This document shows, piece after piece, positions 49,478 through 59,379 of a stretch of 64,000 nucleotides of DNA. Position numbers and translations under genes: made by a program. The first letter of the stretch is position 1. Each line of letters opens with the position of its first letter. Below the pieces are notes generated by a model. It saw only the letters and a list, made by a program, of their open reading frames with translations. It ran no database searches and was not told the DNA's origin. Source of the stretch: Methanobacteriota archaeon. GTDB taxonomy: Archaea > Thermoplasmatota > E2 > DHVEG-1. The stretch is taken from positions 448,001 through 512,000 of the forward strand of contig CAVYNH010000006.1 in assembly GCA_963769885.1 (NCBI GenBank). The letters are read 5' to 3'.

Positions 49478-50323
49478 CTAGACCGTTGGCACGTATGCGG
49501 CGTCGGCCTGATCCATGTAAAAGGCGACGTGCTTCCCGATGTGGTTAGTTGGGTCCGCGGGGATCTGGTGGGGCATCCAGTGGGCTAGCGTCGAGATGAC
49601 CATGATGTTGCTGTCTTGGATGTCGGGGAAGGTGAGGTTCCCGTGATTGGCGGCTCCGTCCCAGGTAACCGACAGCTCCTTCGTCTTGTGGGGGGAGAGG
49701 AGCACAAGCTTCCTGAATGCATAATCGAGGAGACCGTAGTGGTAGGGGTCGCCATCTGCGTTCTTCCATCGGGAGGAAATCTCGGTCACGTATGATTTCA
49801 AGATCCCGAAATACGGGGAGTTGCCGTTGTTCGTTATCTTGACGGTGATGTCTAGCTTGCCGTTGTCATGCCCAACGATGGTGGTATTCACCGCGACGGC
49901 ATGGACTTCGCGTGCGCCCGCCGTCTCGATCAGGGTCTTGTACGAGGCTTTCGTCTGGTTCACGGTGCCAGAGGTGCCGACCTGATGGGAGAAATCACCA
50001 TCGAGGAAGACGGAGGGAAACGCGCGGCCGCCGAGTTGCAGGAACCGGGATTTGGAAACCGAGCTTTGGTCGTAGACCTCGGCGAGGAAATAGAAGCTGT
50101 GCGAGGAGCCTTCCTCCTCGAAGAGGGCGTTGAGTGCCTCCGCGGCGGTCGGGCAGTAGCCGCACCAGGTCGCGGTGCCTTCTTCGACACAGACAACATG
50201 GGTCGCGGTAGCGGCGGGCTCCGGGGTAGTCGGAGTGGTGAGCTGGGTGGTTCGGACGGCAGCGTTCGCAAGGGGTGACAGGGTCACCGCTGCAATGAGG
50301 ACGAGCAGGAAGAACTTCTTCAT
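49478..50323 (-). CDS. Secreted thioredoxin-fold (Omp28-related) protein
   Basis: Signal peptide; EEGTATWCGYCP; FPSVFLDG; Ig-like second domain. Confidence 0.8.
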   Translation of the reverse strand: MKKFFLLVLIAAVTLSPLANAAVRTTQLTTPTTPEPAATATHVVCVEEGTATWCGYCPTAAEALNALFEEEGSSHSFYFLAEVYDQSSVSKSRFLQLGGRAFPSVFLDGDFSHQVGTSGTVNQTKASYKTLIETAGAREVHAVAVNTTIVGHDNGKLDITVKITNNGNSPYFGILKSYVTEISSRWKNADGDPYHYGLLDYAFRKLVLLSPHKTKELSVTWDGAANHGNLTFPDIQDSNIMVISTLAHWMPHQIPADPTNHIGKHVAFYMDQADAAYVPTV

Positions 50324-50590
50324 AGTATCCCCCTTTAGGTTTGTATCCAGAATATATGAAGGCGGCGTTATTTAAATATTTTTTCACCTTTTCGAAGCTT
50401 GCAGCCGGCAGTTTCATCAACTCCAGGCAAGACTAGGGCGATGAGAGCCACCCATCGTCAACCTTGATGCCCATCGCTCTGGGAGAAAACTGTGCGGTAA
50501 GCCCCCCTCTGCCCCTTAAGACCCCAGCTAAACAGGATGCATAAAAAAGACCGCTTGAATAATAAACGACGCATTCTACGGCCTTTTCAT

Positions 50591-50726
50591 GAAAACTTTT
50601 ATTAAATGCCAGGAGAATGCTGGAGTCGCATCACGCAGCTTCGCATGATTGAGAAAATTGCCCGCACATCACTAACACCCCTGCGGTTTTTTTGATCACC
50701 GGTTGCCGTGATCCCCAAAGACTCCA
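50591..50726 (+). promoter_or_regulatory. BRE/TATA promoter and structured 5' leader of the cold-shock gene
   Basis: GAAAAC-TTTTATTAA at 50591-50605; leader closed by TGGAGTC/GACTCCA with three internal stems. Confidence 0.5.
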
Positions 50727-50746
50727 CCCAGAGGAGGAACACCCCA

Positions 50747-50938
50747 ATGAAAGGCACAATAAAGTGGTACAACACACGCAAAGGCTATGGATTCATCCTC
50801 GGAGAAGACGGAAAAGACATCTTCGTCCACCGCTCATCCGTCCCCTCAGACATGAATCTCAACGAAGGCGACAAGGTCGAATACGAAACCGAAGACACCG
50901 AACGAGGCCCCAAGGCCATCAACATCAAAAAAGAATAA
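50747..50938 (+). CDS. csp: Cold-shock domain protein
   Basis: GTIKWYN, KGYGFI (RNP1), DIFVH (RNP2), GPKA; GAGGAGG RBS. Confidence 0.95.
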   Translation: MKGTIKWYNTRKGYGFILGEDGKDIFVHRSSVPSDMNLNEGDKVEYETEDTERGPKAINIKKE

Positions 50939-51102
50939 ACACCACCCACCACCCTCACCACGCCCCGCTCCAGAGGGCGCACGAGTGGGTACTCGCACCT
51001 CGCCAACCCCCCCGCCTACCTTAAAACGAAAAATAAAAACACCCACTGTTTTTCACCTATTCTTCTACTGCCTTTAAAAAGCCCCGTACCCCTCTGAACC
51101 CA

Positions 51103-51240
51103 ATGGGAGAACTCCGCATCCTGTCCCATACCGACACCCCCTTCCGCGACCGCCCAGACGCCGCACGCCTCCTCAGAGAACAGCTGATCATTGACGAAGA
51201 CGAACACCCCCTCCGAAATCCTAATATTAAAAAAAACTAA
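51103..51240 (+). pseudogene. Truncated phosphoribosyltransferase-like N-terminal relic (45 aa)
   Basis: MGELRILSHTDTPFRDRPDAARLLREQL resembles the FxDRxxAGxxL start of COG1926-like PRTases, then stops. Confidence 0.45.
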
Positions 51241-51245
51241 AAAAA

Positions 51246-51440
51246 TTACTTCGCACTCACCTCTTTATCAAGCGCGAAACACCGATCACACAACGTATCC
51301 CCCTCCGGGATCCGCTTCCCACACTTCGCACACGCTCCATACTTCCTCGTGATAAACCCGACCACGATCTCATGGTGCTTCGTGATCCAATGAAACATCA
51401 GCTTGTTGCGATGGATTCGCTGTGCCACAGTTCTTCCCAC
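51246..51440 (-). CDS. Small zinc-ribbon protein
   Basis: CAKCGKRIPEGDTLCDRC. Confidence 0.65.
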   Translation of the reverse strand: MGRTVAQRIHRNKLMFHWITKHHEIVVGFITRKYGACAKCGKRIPEGDTLCDRCFALDKEVSAK

Positions 51441-51694
51441 CAGCCTCGAGAAACACTCCTCGGCTAGTAAAAGGTTTCGCCCATGAACATTTCTCTACAC
51501 TACATTCGAGTAGAGCCAGATAACTGAGCAATGATCATTTCTCCTCAAATACTGTCTCACTTCTTTGTTGGTATCGAATTTTAATCACTAATCAATACAA
51601 GACATTCCACCAAGGTCCGTCTTCGGCATCCCGAAAGGGAAAATATTCTTAAATTACCACGATATCAACACCACCCAGGAGTCCACACACCACT

Positions 51695-52627
51695 ATGCGC
51701 GTCTTCATCACCGGCGGCGCCGGATTCATCGGCAGCAACCTCGTCGACACCCTCCTCGACCAACACCACGACATCACCGTCTACGACAACCTCAGCTCCG
51801 GCAACAAACACTTCCTCCCCACCTCACCCCACCTCACATTCAAAAAAGCAGACCTCCTCACCCCCACCACCCTCACCAAAACCATGAAAGACCACGACCT
51901 CGTCATCCACCTCGCCGCCAACCCCTACGTACGACTCGGTGAAACCCACACCGACCTCGACCTCAAACAAGGCACCATCGCCACCTACAACGTCCTCGAA
52001 GCCATGCGCACCAACAACATCCACGACATCATCTACTCCAGTAGCAGCGTCGTCTACGGCGAAACCCCTGGTGACCTTCTCCCCGAGACCTATGGCCCCA
52101 CCCTCCCCATTTCACTATACGGCGCCGGCAAACTCGGCGGCGAAGGCCTCATAAGCGCATACGTGGGCACCTTCGGCCTGCGCGCCTGGATCTACCGCTT
52201 CGCCAACGTCGTCGGAAAAAACGGCACCCACGGCGTTATCACCGACTTCATCGCCAAACTCAAAAAAAACTCTCGCACCCTCGAAATCCTCGGCGACGGC
52301 ACACAACGCAAACCCTACCTCTACGTCACCGACTGCGTCAGCGGCATGCTCCACGGCTACCACCACAGCCACCACCAAATCAACCTCTACAACCTCAGCT
52401 GCACCACCACCACCACCGTCACCCGCATCGCCGAAATGGTCGTCGAAGAAATGGGACTTTCCAACGTCGCCTTCCACTACACCGGCGGTGACCGCGGCTG
52501 GAAAGGCGACGTCCCCATCTTCCAACTCGACCCCACCGCCATGAACAACCTCGGCTGGACCGCCACCTACACCTCAGACGACGTCGTCCGTAAAGCCATC
52601 CACGACACCCTCCACGCCAACCTTTAA
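51695..52627 (+). CDS. NAD-dependent epimerase/dehydratase (GalE-like)
   Basis: TGGAGFIGS, HLAA, SSS.VYG, YGAGK, RFANVVG. Confidence 0.9.
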   Translation: MRVFITGGAGFIGSNLVDTLLDQHHDITVYDNLSSGNKHFLPTSPHLTFKKADLLTPTTLTKTMKDHDLVIHLAANPYVRLGETHTDLDLKQGTIATYNVLEAMRTNNIHDIIYSSSSVVYGETPGDLLPETYGPTLPISLYGAGKLGGEGLISAYVGTFGLRAWIYRFANVVGKNGTHGVITDFIAKLKKNSRTLEILGDGTQRKPYLYVTDCVSGMLHGYHHSHHQINLYNLSCTTTTTVTRIAEMVVEEMGLSNVAFHYTGGDRGWKGDVPIFQLDPTAMNNLGWTATYTSDDVVRKAIHDTLHANL

Positions 52628-52656
52628 AGAACACCAGCCATTTCCCACTCCCAGTC

Positions 52657-53925
52657 ATGAGACTCACCGTCATCGGAACAGGCTACGTTGGCCTCGTCAC
52701 CGCTGCCTGCTTCGCCAAACTCGGACACTCCGTCACCTGCGTCGACGTCGACGCCGCCAAAGTCGAAACCATCAACAGCGGCCAATCCCCCATCTACGAA
52801 CCAGGCCTCGAAGACCTCCTCCAAATCTACGCCCACAACCTCCACGCCACCACCGACGCCGCCACCGCCGTCCAACACAGCGACATCACCTTCATCTGCG
52901 TCGGCACCCCCTCCAGCCCGGACGGCTCCATCGACCTCACCTCCATCCAAAACACCGCAGCCCAGATAGGTAAAATCCTCAAGACCCTCCCCGCCTGGCA
53001 CCTCATCGTCGTCAAAAGCACCGTCGTCCCCGGCACCACCGACACCGACGTCAAAACACTCCTCGAACAAAACTCAGGCAAACACGTCACCACCGGCTTC
53101 GGCCTCGCCATGAACCCCGAATTCCTCAGAGAAGGCAACGCCATCCACGACTTCCTCAACCCCGACCGCATCGTCATCGGCGTCTCCGACCAAAAAACAG
53201 CGGACACCCTCCGCCACCTCTACAAAGACTTCACCTGCCCCATCCTCGAAACCAGCCTCTCCGCCGCCGAGATGATCAAATACGCCAGCAACGCCTTCCT
53301 CGCCACCAAAATCTCTTACATCAACGAAATCGGCAACCTCTGCAAAAAACTCAACATCGACACCTACCAAGTCGCCGACGGCATGGGCTACGACAAACGC
53401 ATCGTACGAGCCTTCCTAGACTCAGGCACGGGCTGGGCGGGCAGCTGCTTCCCCAAGGACCTCAACGCCCTCGTTGCCTTCGCTAAAAAGCACCACGAAC
53501 CTCTCCAAATCATCGAAAGCACCATCAAAATCAACGACGAACAACCACTCCGCCTCATCACCCTCCTCAAAAAACACCTCCCCACCCTCAAAGGAAAAAC
53601 CATCGGCCTCCTCGGCCTCGCCTTCAAACCACAAACCGACGACATCAGAGAAAGCCGCGCCATCCCCATCACCCACGAACTCCTCAAAGCCGGCGCCCAC
53701 ATCAAAGCCTACGACCCCCAAGCCATGAACAACTTCAAAACCCTCTTCCCCACCATCGAATACTGCACCCACCCCCAAGAAGTCCTCACCGCCGACGCCA
53801 TCCTCATCACCACCAAATGGGAAGAATTCAGCGCCCTTGACTTCACCGGAAAAACCGTCATCGACGGACGCCGCCTCGACCAAGCCAAAAACACCGCCCG
53901 CATCTACGAAGGCATCTGCTGGTAA
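52657..53925 (+). CDS. UDP-glucose/GDP-mannose dehydrogenase family protein
   Basis: GTGYVG, ICVGTP, KSTV, NPEFLREG, KYASN, SCFPKD. Confidence 0.92.
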   Translation: MRLTVIGTGYVGLVTAACFAKLGHSVTCVDVDAAKVETINSGQSPIYEPGLEDLLQIYAHNLHATTDAATAVQHSDITFICVGTPSSPDGSIDLTSIQNTAAQIGKILKTLPAWHLIVVKSTVVPGTTDTDVKTLLEQNSGKHVTTGFGLAMNPEFLREGNAIHDFLNPDRIVIGVSDQKTADTLRHLYKDFTCPILETSLSAAEMIKYASNAFLATKISYINEIGNLCKKLNIDTYQVADGMGYDKRIVRAFLDSGTGWAGSCFPKDLNALVAFAKKHHEPLQIIESTIKINDEQPLRLITLLKKHLPTLKGKTIGLLGLAFKPQTDDIRESRAIPITHELLKAGAHIKAYDPQAMNNFKTLFPTIEYCTHPQEVLTADAILITTKWEEFSALDFTGKTVIDGRRLDQAKNTARIYEGICW

Positions 53926-53929
53926 CCCC

Positions 53930-54799
53930 ATGACAAAAATCACCAAAGCCGTCATCCCCGCCGCCGGCCTCGGCACCCGCTTCCTCCCCGTCACCAAAGC
54001 CATGCCCAAAGAAATGCTCCCCATCATCGACACCCCTGCCATCCACTACGTCGTCAAAGAAGCCATCGACGCTGGCCTCGACGACATCATCATCATCACC
54101 GGCCGCGGCAAACGCGCCATCGAAGACTACTTCGACGAATCACCAGAACTCGAAATGCACCTCAAAAAAACAAACAAAAACAACCTCCTCGCCCTCATCA
54201 CCGACATCTCCACCATGGCCAACATCCACTACATCAGACAAAAATCCCCCAAAGGCCTCCCCGACGCCATCCTCGCCGCCGAAAAACACATCGGCACCGA
54301 ACCCTTCGCCGTCCTCCTCGGCGACGACATCATCGTCTCCCACCCCCCCTGCACCACACAACTCCTCGACGTCTACCACACCCACCACTCCTCTGTCATC
54401 GCCGTCCAAAACGTCCCCCGCGACAACATCGAGCGCTACGGCGCCGTCAGCGCCACGAAAGTCCCCGACCCCACCCACGACCTCTACCTCGTCGACCACA
54501 TCGTCGAAAAACCCAAACCCAAGGACGCCCCCTCCACCCTCGCCGCTATCGGCCGCTACATCTTCACCCCAGAAATCTTCGACGCTATGAAACAGACCAC
54601 CCCTGGAGTCAACAACGAACTCCAGATCGCCGACTCCCTTAACATCCTCTCCAGAACCCAGAAGATCTACGCCTGCGCCTTCCAAGGCAAACGCTACGAC
54701 GTCGGCGACAAACTCGGCTACATCCAAGCCATCATCGACTTCGCCATCGCCAACCCAGAACTCAAAAACGGCGTCCTCTCCCACATCAACAGCAGCTAA
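53930..54799 (+). CDS. galU: UTP--glucose-1-phosphate uridylyltransferase
   Basis: KAVIPAAGLGTRFLPVTKAMPKEMLP, LLGDD, VEKP, GRY, RYDVG. Confidence 0.93.
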   Translation: MTKITKAVIPAAGLGTRFLPVTKAMPKEMLPIIDTPAIHYVVKEAIDAGLDDIIIITGRGKRAIEDYFDESPELEMHLKKTNKNNLLALITDISTMANIHYIRQKSPKGLPDAILAAEKHIGTEPFAVLLGDDIIVSHPPCTTQLLDVYHTHHSSVIAVQNVPRDNIERYGAVSATKVPDPTHDLYLVDHIVEKPKPKDAPSTLAAIGRYIFTPEIFDAMKQTTPGVNNELQIADSLNILSRTQKIYACAFQGKRYDVGDKLGYIQAIIDFAIANPELKNGVLSHINSS

Positions 54800-54808
54800 T
54801 CCCTTGAC

Positions 54809-55909
54809 TCATTTTTTCACAGCCGCTGTTATGGACTCGACGACGAACTGCTGTTGCTCATCCGTCAACTCAGGATACATCGGGATGGAGACGATCTCCT
54901 CCGCCAACCGCTCAGTGACCGGGAACTGCCCCCTTCGCCACCCACGGGAGGCATACGCTGGCTGCAGATGCAACGGGATCGGATAATGAATCCCACACTC
55001 AATCCCCTGACCAGCCAGCGACGCCATCACCCCAGCACGCCGCTGCGTCCGAATCACATACATGTAATAGACATGCTTCGCCCCAGGTGCCTCATGGATC
55101 CGCTCCAGTGACGACGGCAACGCCTCATCATAGAAGCGGGCATGAGCACGGCGCAGATCCGTCCACCGCGACAAATGACGCAGCTTCACGGAAAGCACGG
55201 CAGCTTGAAGGGCATCCAGCCGGTAGTTGTATCCTTCAGCCTCATGCTCATACTTTTTCGTGCGGCCATGATTCGATAACATCCGCAGCCGCGCTGCGAG
55301 CTCCGAATCATTAGTTGTAATCGCCCCGCCATCGCCATAGCACCCAAGGTTTTTCGCGGGGAAGAAACTATAACAGGCGACCCTCCCGTACGCCCCGGGT
55401 TGCCGACCTCGCCATTCCGCCCCATGGGCTTGTGCAGCGTCCTCAATGATGGCGATGTCTCGGGCCTCTGCCATCTCCTGAAGACGGTCCATGTCTGGCA
55501 TCTGCCCATAAAGGTCGACGACGATGATTGCCTTCGTCTTCGGCGTCAGTGCCTTCTCCACACGATCGACATCAATCAGGCCCGTCTCCGGGACCACGTC
55601 CACAAAACGAATGATGCCGCCGACATACGAGATACACTCGGTCGTCGCAATAAACGTGTTCGGGACGGTGAGTACCTCGTCTCCTTTCATCACCCCGCAG
55701 CCAAGGAGGGCGAGATGCAGCGCCGCGGTTCCGTTGGAACATCCAATCGCGTGTTTCATGGAAGTATACGCCGCAAACTCATCCTCGAAACCCTTGACTC
55801 GAGGGCCCATGATGAAGGAGCCGCTTTCCAAGACCTTATTGATAGCCTGGTCTACCTCTGATTTGATGGAATGGTAATTCGCCTTGAGGTCCACCAGCGG
55901 TATTTTCAT
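54809..55909 (-). CDS. DegT/DnrJ/EryC1/StrS aminotransferase (WbpE-like)
   Basis: NGTAAL, IEDAAQAHG, SFFPAKNLG.YGDGG, NYRLD. Confidence 0.9.
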   Translation of the reverse strand: MKIPLVDLKANYHSIKSEVDQAINKVLESGSFIMGPRVKGFEDEFAAYTSMKHAIGCSNGTAALHLALLGCGVMKGDEVLTVPNTFIATTECISYVGGIIRFVDVVPETGLIDVDRVEKALTPKTKAIIVVDLYGQMPDMDRLQEMAEARDIAIIEDAAQAHGAEWRGRQPGAYGRVACYSFFPAKNLGCYGDGGAITTNDSELAARLRMLSNHGRTKKYEHEAEGYNYRLDALQAAVLSVKLRHLSRWTDLRRAHARFYDEALPSSLERIHEAPGAKHVYYMYVIRTQRRAGVMASLAGQGIECGIHYPIPLHLQPAYASRGWRRGQFPVTERLAEEIVSIPMYPELTDEQQQFVVESITAAVKK

Positions 55910-55913
55910 GGGT

Positions 55914-56390
55914 TCACTCTCGTCGCAGCGACCGCAGCTTTCGAGCTGGGTTCCCTGCATAGATTCCCGGAGAGGTAATGTCTTTGGTAACGACAGACCC
56001 GGCGCCAATAACAACGTGATCAGTGATGCAGACCGGAAGGATTGTCGCATTCGTCCCTATCGACACGTGGTTGCCGATGGTGGTTGGTTTCCACAACGAC
56101 TGATCTCCGCCCGCTGGTCTGCCGACTGAGAAGAGATCGTTGACGAACTTCGCCCCGTGGGAGATGAAACAGTAGTCTCCAATGGTCACAAGCGAGCAGA
56201 TGAAGGCGTGGGATTGGATCTTGCAGTTACGGCCGATCTTGACCGTGCTTTGAATCTCGACAAACGGACCGATGAAGCAGTTATCGCCGATCTCGCATTC
56301 GTAGAGGTTCACGGGCTCGACGACGGTCACGTTCTCTCCGAAGGTCACGTCTCTGATTTGGGCCTTAGACAGCTTTGGAGTGTTCGTCAT
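55914..56390 (-). CDS. Hexapeptide-repeat N-acetyltransferase (WbpD-like)
   Basis: Left-handed beta-helix repeats, FVND, SIGTNATILP, AGNPAR. Confidence 0.88.
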   Translation of the reverse strand: MTNTPKLSKAQIRDVTFGENVTVVEPVNLYECEIGDNCFIGPFVEIQSTVKIGRNCKIQSHAFICSLVTIGDYCFISHGAKFVNDLFSVGRPAGGDQSLWKPTTIGNHVSIGTNATILPVCITDHVVIGAGSVVTKDITSPGIYAGNPARKLRSLRRE

Positions 56391-57420
56391 TTAGCACGTT
56401 CCCTTAAGTTTCCTACCCGATGCTTTGTATATTTTTTCAATGATTTGAACGGTCTTGAGGCCGTCGAGCATGTCTGTGGTGATTCGGCCGCCGTGGACAA
56501 GGACATCGACGATGTTTTGGTAGACTTTGTCGTGATTGGACATCGATCCTTGGGCTTTGCCGTAGATGTTCGGCGGGTTTCCGAGGGGGAGGCTGGGGAT
56601 CGTATAGCCCTCGATATTTTGGTACTCGAGGATGTTGAGGGTACTGTCCGCCGATCTTCACAGTCCCTTTTTCACCGAAGAGCGTCAACGAGCCCTCCAT
56701 GTTCTTGCCGTAGCTGTCGATTGTGAAGTTGATCGCCCCGATTGCCCCGGAGGAGAACGAAAGGATGGCGACGCCCGTGTCCTCGAATTCCACGGTGTCA
56801 TGGTGCAGGTAGTTTTGGGTATATACTTTCACGTCCTCGACGTCTCCGATGAGCCAGTAGATGAGGTCGATGAAGTGGCTGTACTGGGTGAAGAGGGTGC
56901 CTCCGTCTAGCGCGAGTTTCCCCCGCCAGTCGGATTCTCGATAATAGTCTTGGTTCCTGTTCCAGAAGCAGTTGACTTGGATGTTGATGATCTTGCCGAG
57001 TTTCCCGGCGTCGATGGCCTGTTTTAGGGCGGCGACGGGGGGGTTAAACCGGTTTTGCTTGACGATAAATAGCCGGCGGTTGGTCTCTTCTGCGGTATGG
57101 ATCATGCGTTCGCAGTCGTGGACGGTTGTGGCCATGGGTTTTTCGCAGAGGACGTTGCAGCCTGCCTTTAACGCCGCGATGGTATGATGCGCATGGAGTC
57201 CATTGGGCGTGCAGATGGAGATGAGGTCCAGGGTTTTTTCCTCGGCGAGCATGTCTTCGAGGGAATAGTATGCCCGGCAGTTGTAGGCCGCGGCGATGGT
57301 GTCGGCTCGGTCGTGTTTGATGTCGCAGACTGCCGCGAGGTCGCCGATGGCGTTTGCGTGTCGTGCGTGTTGGGAGCCGATGTGGCCGACTCCGAGGACT
57401 GCGATACGGAGTTTTTTCAT
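56391..57420 (-). CDS. Gfo/Idh/MocA oxidoreductase (WbpB-like), 1-nt frameshift
   Basis: GVGHIG, CTPNGLH, CEKP, VKQNRFNP, WRG..DGG. Deleting one base at about 56640 gives KIGGQYLNILEY...GSMSNH, ending at 56391. Confidence 0.88.
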
Positions 57421-57564
57421 GTCTCTTGCGGATAATTCTTCTCCCCTATTTAAACAATGACCGCCGTTTCCAGGTGGAGAGGAGGGTGTGGGTCTGTGGG
57501 GATTCCAGGGAAGGATGATTTTATATAGCTCTAGTGGTCTTTTTGATTGGGGTGAATTGGTACT

Positions 57565-58260
57565 ATGAAGAAGATCTTGGTAGTTGGGGCTGTCCTTGTT
57601 GTGGTCAGTCTCTTAGGCATCTCGTTGTCATCGGCAGTGGTTGTTCGGCCGTCAGAGCCGGCGAGTGAAGCGACTCTTGACCAGAATCCTGTATGGGAGG
57701 CGGCAGAGCGTGTGTTGCCTGCGTCGGTTGCGAAGCAGATTTTGACTCTGGCGCAGGATCATCCTGAAGTCGCTTCAGCCATGGCCATGAGGGGATCGGT
57801 TGGGCAGCTGGCTAATGGATCTAATACGTCGTTTTTGACGAAGATGTGGCGGGTCGTGTTCTACTACCGCCTCTGTCGCTTATTGTTCAGTTATGGCGTG
57901 TTCACCGTGTTTCCCACGAAGGTCATGGGAGTCCGTGTATTGCATTGGGCGATCCAGGTCTTGAAGTGGGTTCAGATTGGTTTATTGCTTGGTCTGATTG
58001 AGGTCCCGCAGCCGCCACCGGTGCCACCTGAGATTTCGTTTGTGGCGGACGATACGAACCGGACTATGACGGTGACGGCAGTAAATTTCTCGCAACCTGT
58101 TAACTGGTCCGATATCGCTCAGGTTGGGAATGGCACGTGTGACCCCTTGCCGAATGGGACCGTGGAGGCCGGGGATATGATTACGAACTGTTCCGGGTGG
58201 ATCATCCTAGTATATGTGCCGTATTCGGCATGGCTGTACGATCATCAGTTCCCTGAGTGA
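57565..58260 (+). CDS. Hypothetical exported protein with a small beta-rich C-terminal domain
   Basis: Signal peptide, amphipathic middle, Pro linker, C-terminal PEISF..WSDI..GTVEAGDMITNC domain. Confidence 0.7.
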   Translation: MKKILVVGAVLVVVSLLGISLSSAVVVRPSEPASEATLDQNPVWEAAERVLPASVAKQILTLAQDHPEVASAMAMRGSVGQLANGSNTSFLTKMWRVVFYYRLCRLLFSYGVFTVFPTKVMGVRVLHWAIQVLKWVQIGLLLGLIEVPQPPPVPPEISFVADDTNRTMTVTAVNFSQPVNWSDIAQVGNGTCDPLPNGTVEAGDMITNCSGWIILVYVPYSAWLYDHQFPE

Positions 58261-58278
58261 AGTCTTCGCTGGGTTGTC

Positions 58279-59274
58279 TTAGAGCTTGCTGTAGACGAGT
58301 CCTCGCAGGAAGCCGAGGCCATATCCGACGTGGATGAGGAGGTAAAAGAAAGGGCTGGTGATGACGACTGCAAGCCGTCGGATGACCTGCAAGATGCTTA
58401 TTATTGAGAGGAGGATATAGGCGACGACGAGGAGGGGGACAACCCAGATTGGAATGAGGAGGGTGGCGGTCAGCGCCACGAGGGAGATGCCGCCGATGAT
58501 GAGGACTGGTCCGAGGAGATGGAAGTATCTCAGGGTCGTGGGATGTTTTTTAACCATTTTCGCGCGCGCGATCCCGTAGCGGTACATCTGGTGCCAGAGT
58601 GACCGGATGGTGGGTCGTTTGAAGTGGAGGACCTTGGTGTTGGGGGTGTAGAGGATCTTGTAGCCGGCGTCGCGGAGGCGGATGTCGAGCTCGTAATCTT
58701 GGCCGCACCAAAAATCCGGGTCGAATTTCCCGACTTGTTCGACGGGTTTGCGGCGGTAGCAGGCGAAGGAGATGTGGTCGGTGAATCGTTCGGTAGGGTA
58801 CACGGCGTTTTGCGAGAAGAAGCTCTTGCCGCCGAGGAAGCTGAGGAAGGCGGCGGCGGAGGCTTGGGCGATGAAGCCTTGATCTGGGGGGGAGAGGTTG
58901 GAGCATCCGACGGCGGCGACGTCCGGTGGCTGTTGCTGGAGGGTGAGGGCGAGGACGGTGAGGAGGTTTTGTTCGGCGATGACGTGACCGGAGTAGTTCA
59001 TGAGCATGTCGGTGGTGGAGTGGTCGATGCAGAGGTTGCGGCCGATGGCGGTGTTGCCGGTTGGGTTGTCAATGATTTTGATGGTGGGGTGTTTTTTGGC
59101 GTAGTCTTCGGCGATGGCTCGGGTGGCGTCGGTTGAGGGTCCGATGGCGAGGAGGATCTCGGTTTTATCTTTGGGGTAGTCTAAGTTGAGGAGGGCGTCG
59201 AGGCATTGCCTGAGGGTTTTTTCTTCGTTTCGTAGGGGTATGAGGAATGCGACTTTGGGATACTCGCATTGCAT
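58279..59274 (-). CDS. Glycosyltransferase family 2 (ExoA-like)
   Basis: IPLRNEE, GRN, QDYELDIRL, QMYRYG, C-terminal TM helices. Confidence 0.88.
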   Translation of the reverse strand: MQCEYPKVAFLIPLRNEEKTLRQCLDALLNLDYPKDKTEILLAIGPSTDATRAIAEDYAKKHPTIKIIDNPTGNTAIGRNLCIDHSTTDMLMNYSGHVIAEQNLLTVLALTLQQQPPDVAAVGCSNLSPPDQGFIAQASAAAFLSFLGGKSFFSQNAVYPTERFTDHISFACYRRKPVEQVGKFDPDFWCGQDYELDIRLRDAGYKILYTPNTKVLHFKRPTIRSLWHQMYRYGIARAKMVKKHPTTLRYFHLLGPVLIIGGISLVALTATLLIPIWVVPLLVVAYILLSIISILQVIRRLAVVITSPFFYLLIHVGYGLGFLRGLVYSKL

Positions 59275-59379
59275 GGGGGGTAAAAAACAGCTGATTCTAT
59301 TTAATTGTACTTGCTGGGTCGTGTGGGAGCGAAGTGGAAATATTGCGGAAAAGAGGGAAATGGTTGGTTGAGTGTGTCC

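Noticed and set aside
38701-50323. Secreted-protein cluster next to tRNA-Arg as an integrated island
   Set aside because: No integrase and no duplicated tRNA 3' end seen; most genes have host-like composition.
50496-50515. Minus-strand CAGAGGGGGGCTTA resembling the RNase P RNA 3' motif
   Set aside because: No matching 5' GAGGAA..CC motif at the expected distance; that position falls in the csp gene.
53395-53450. RIV and WAGSC variants in the UDP-sugar dehydrogenase (usually RIG and GGSC)
   Set aside because: Could be divergence or a base error (one overlaps a GTAC). The catalytic Cys is intact, so it cannot be judged.
1812-54784. Many long overlapping ORFs rich in Ser/Pro/Thr or Val/Gly/Glu (e.g. 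17563-18549, 35661-37217, 39394-40788)
   Set aside because: Shadow frames caused by high GC and extreme skew over recognisable genes.
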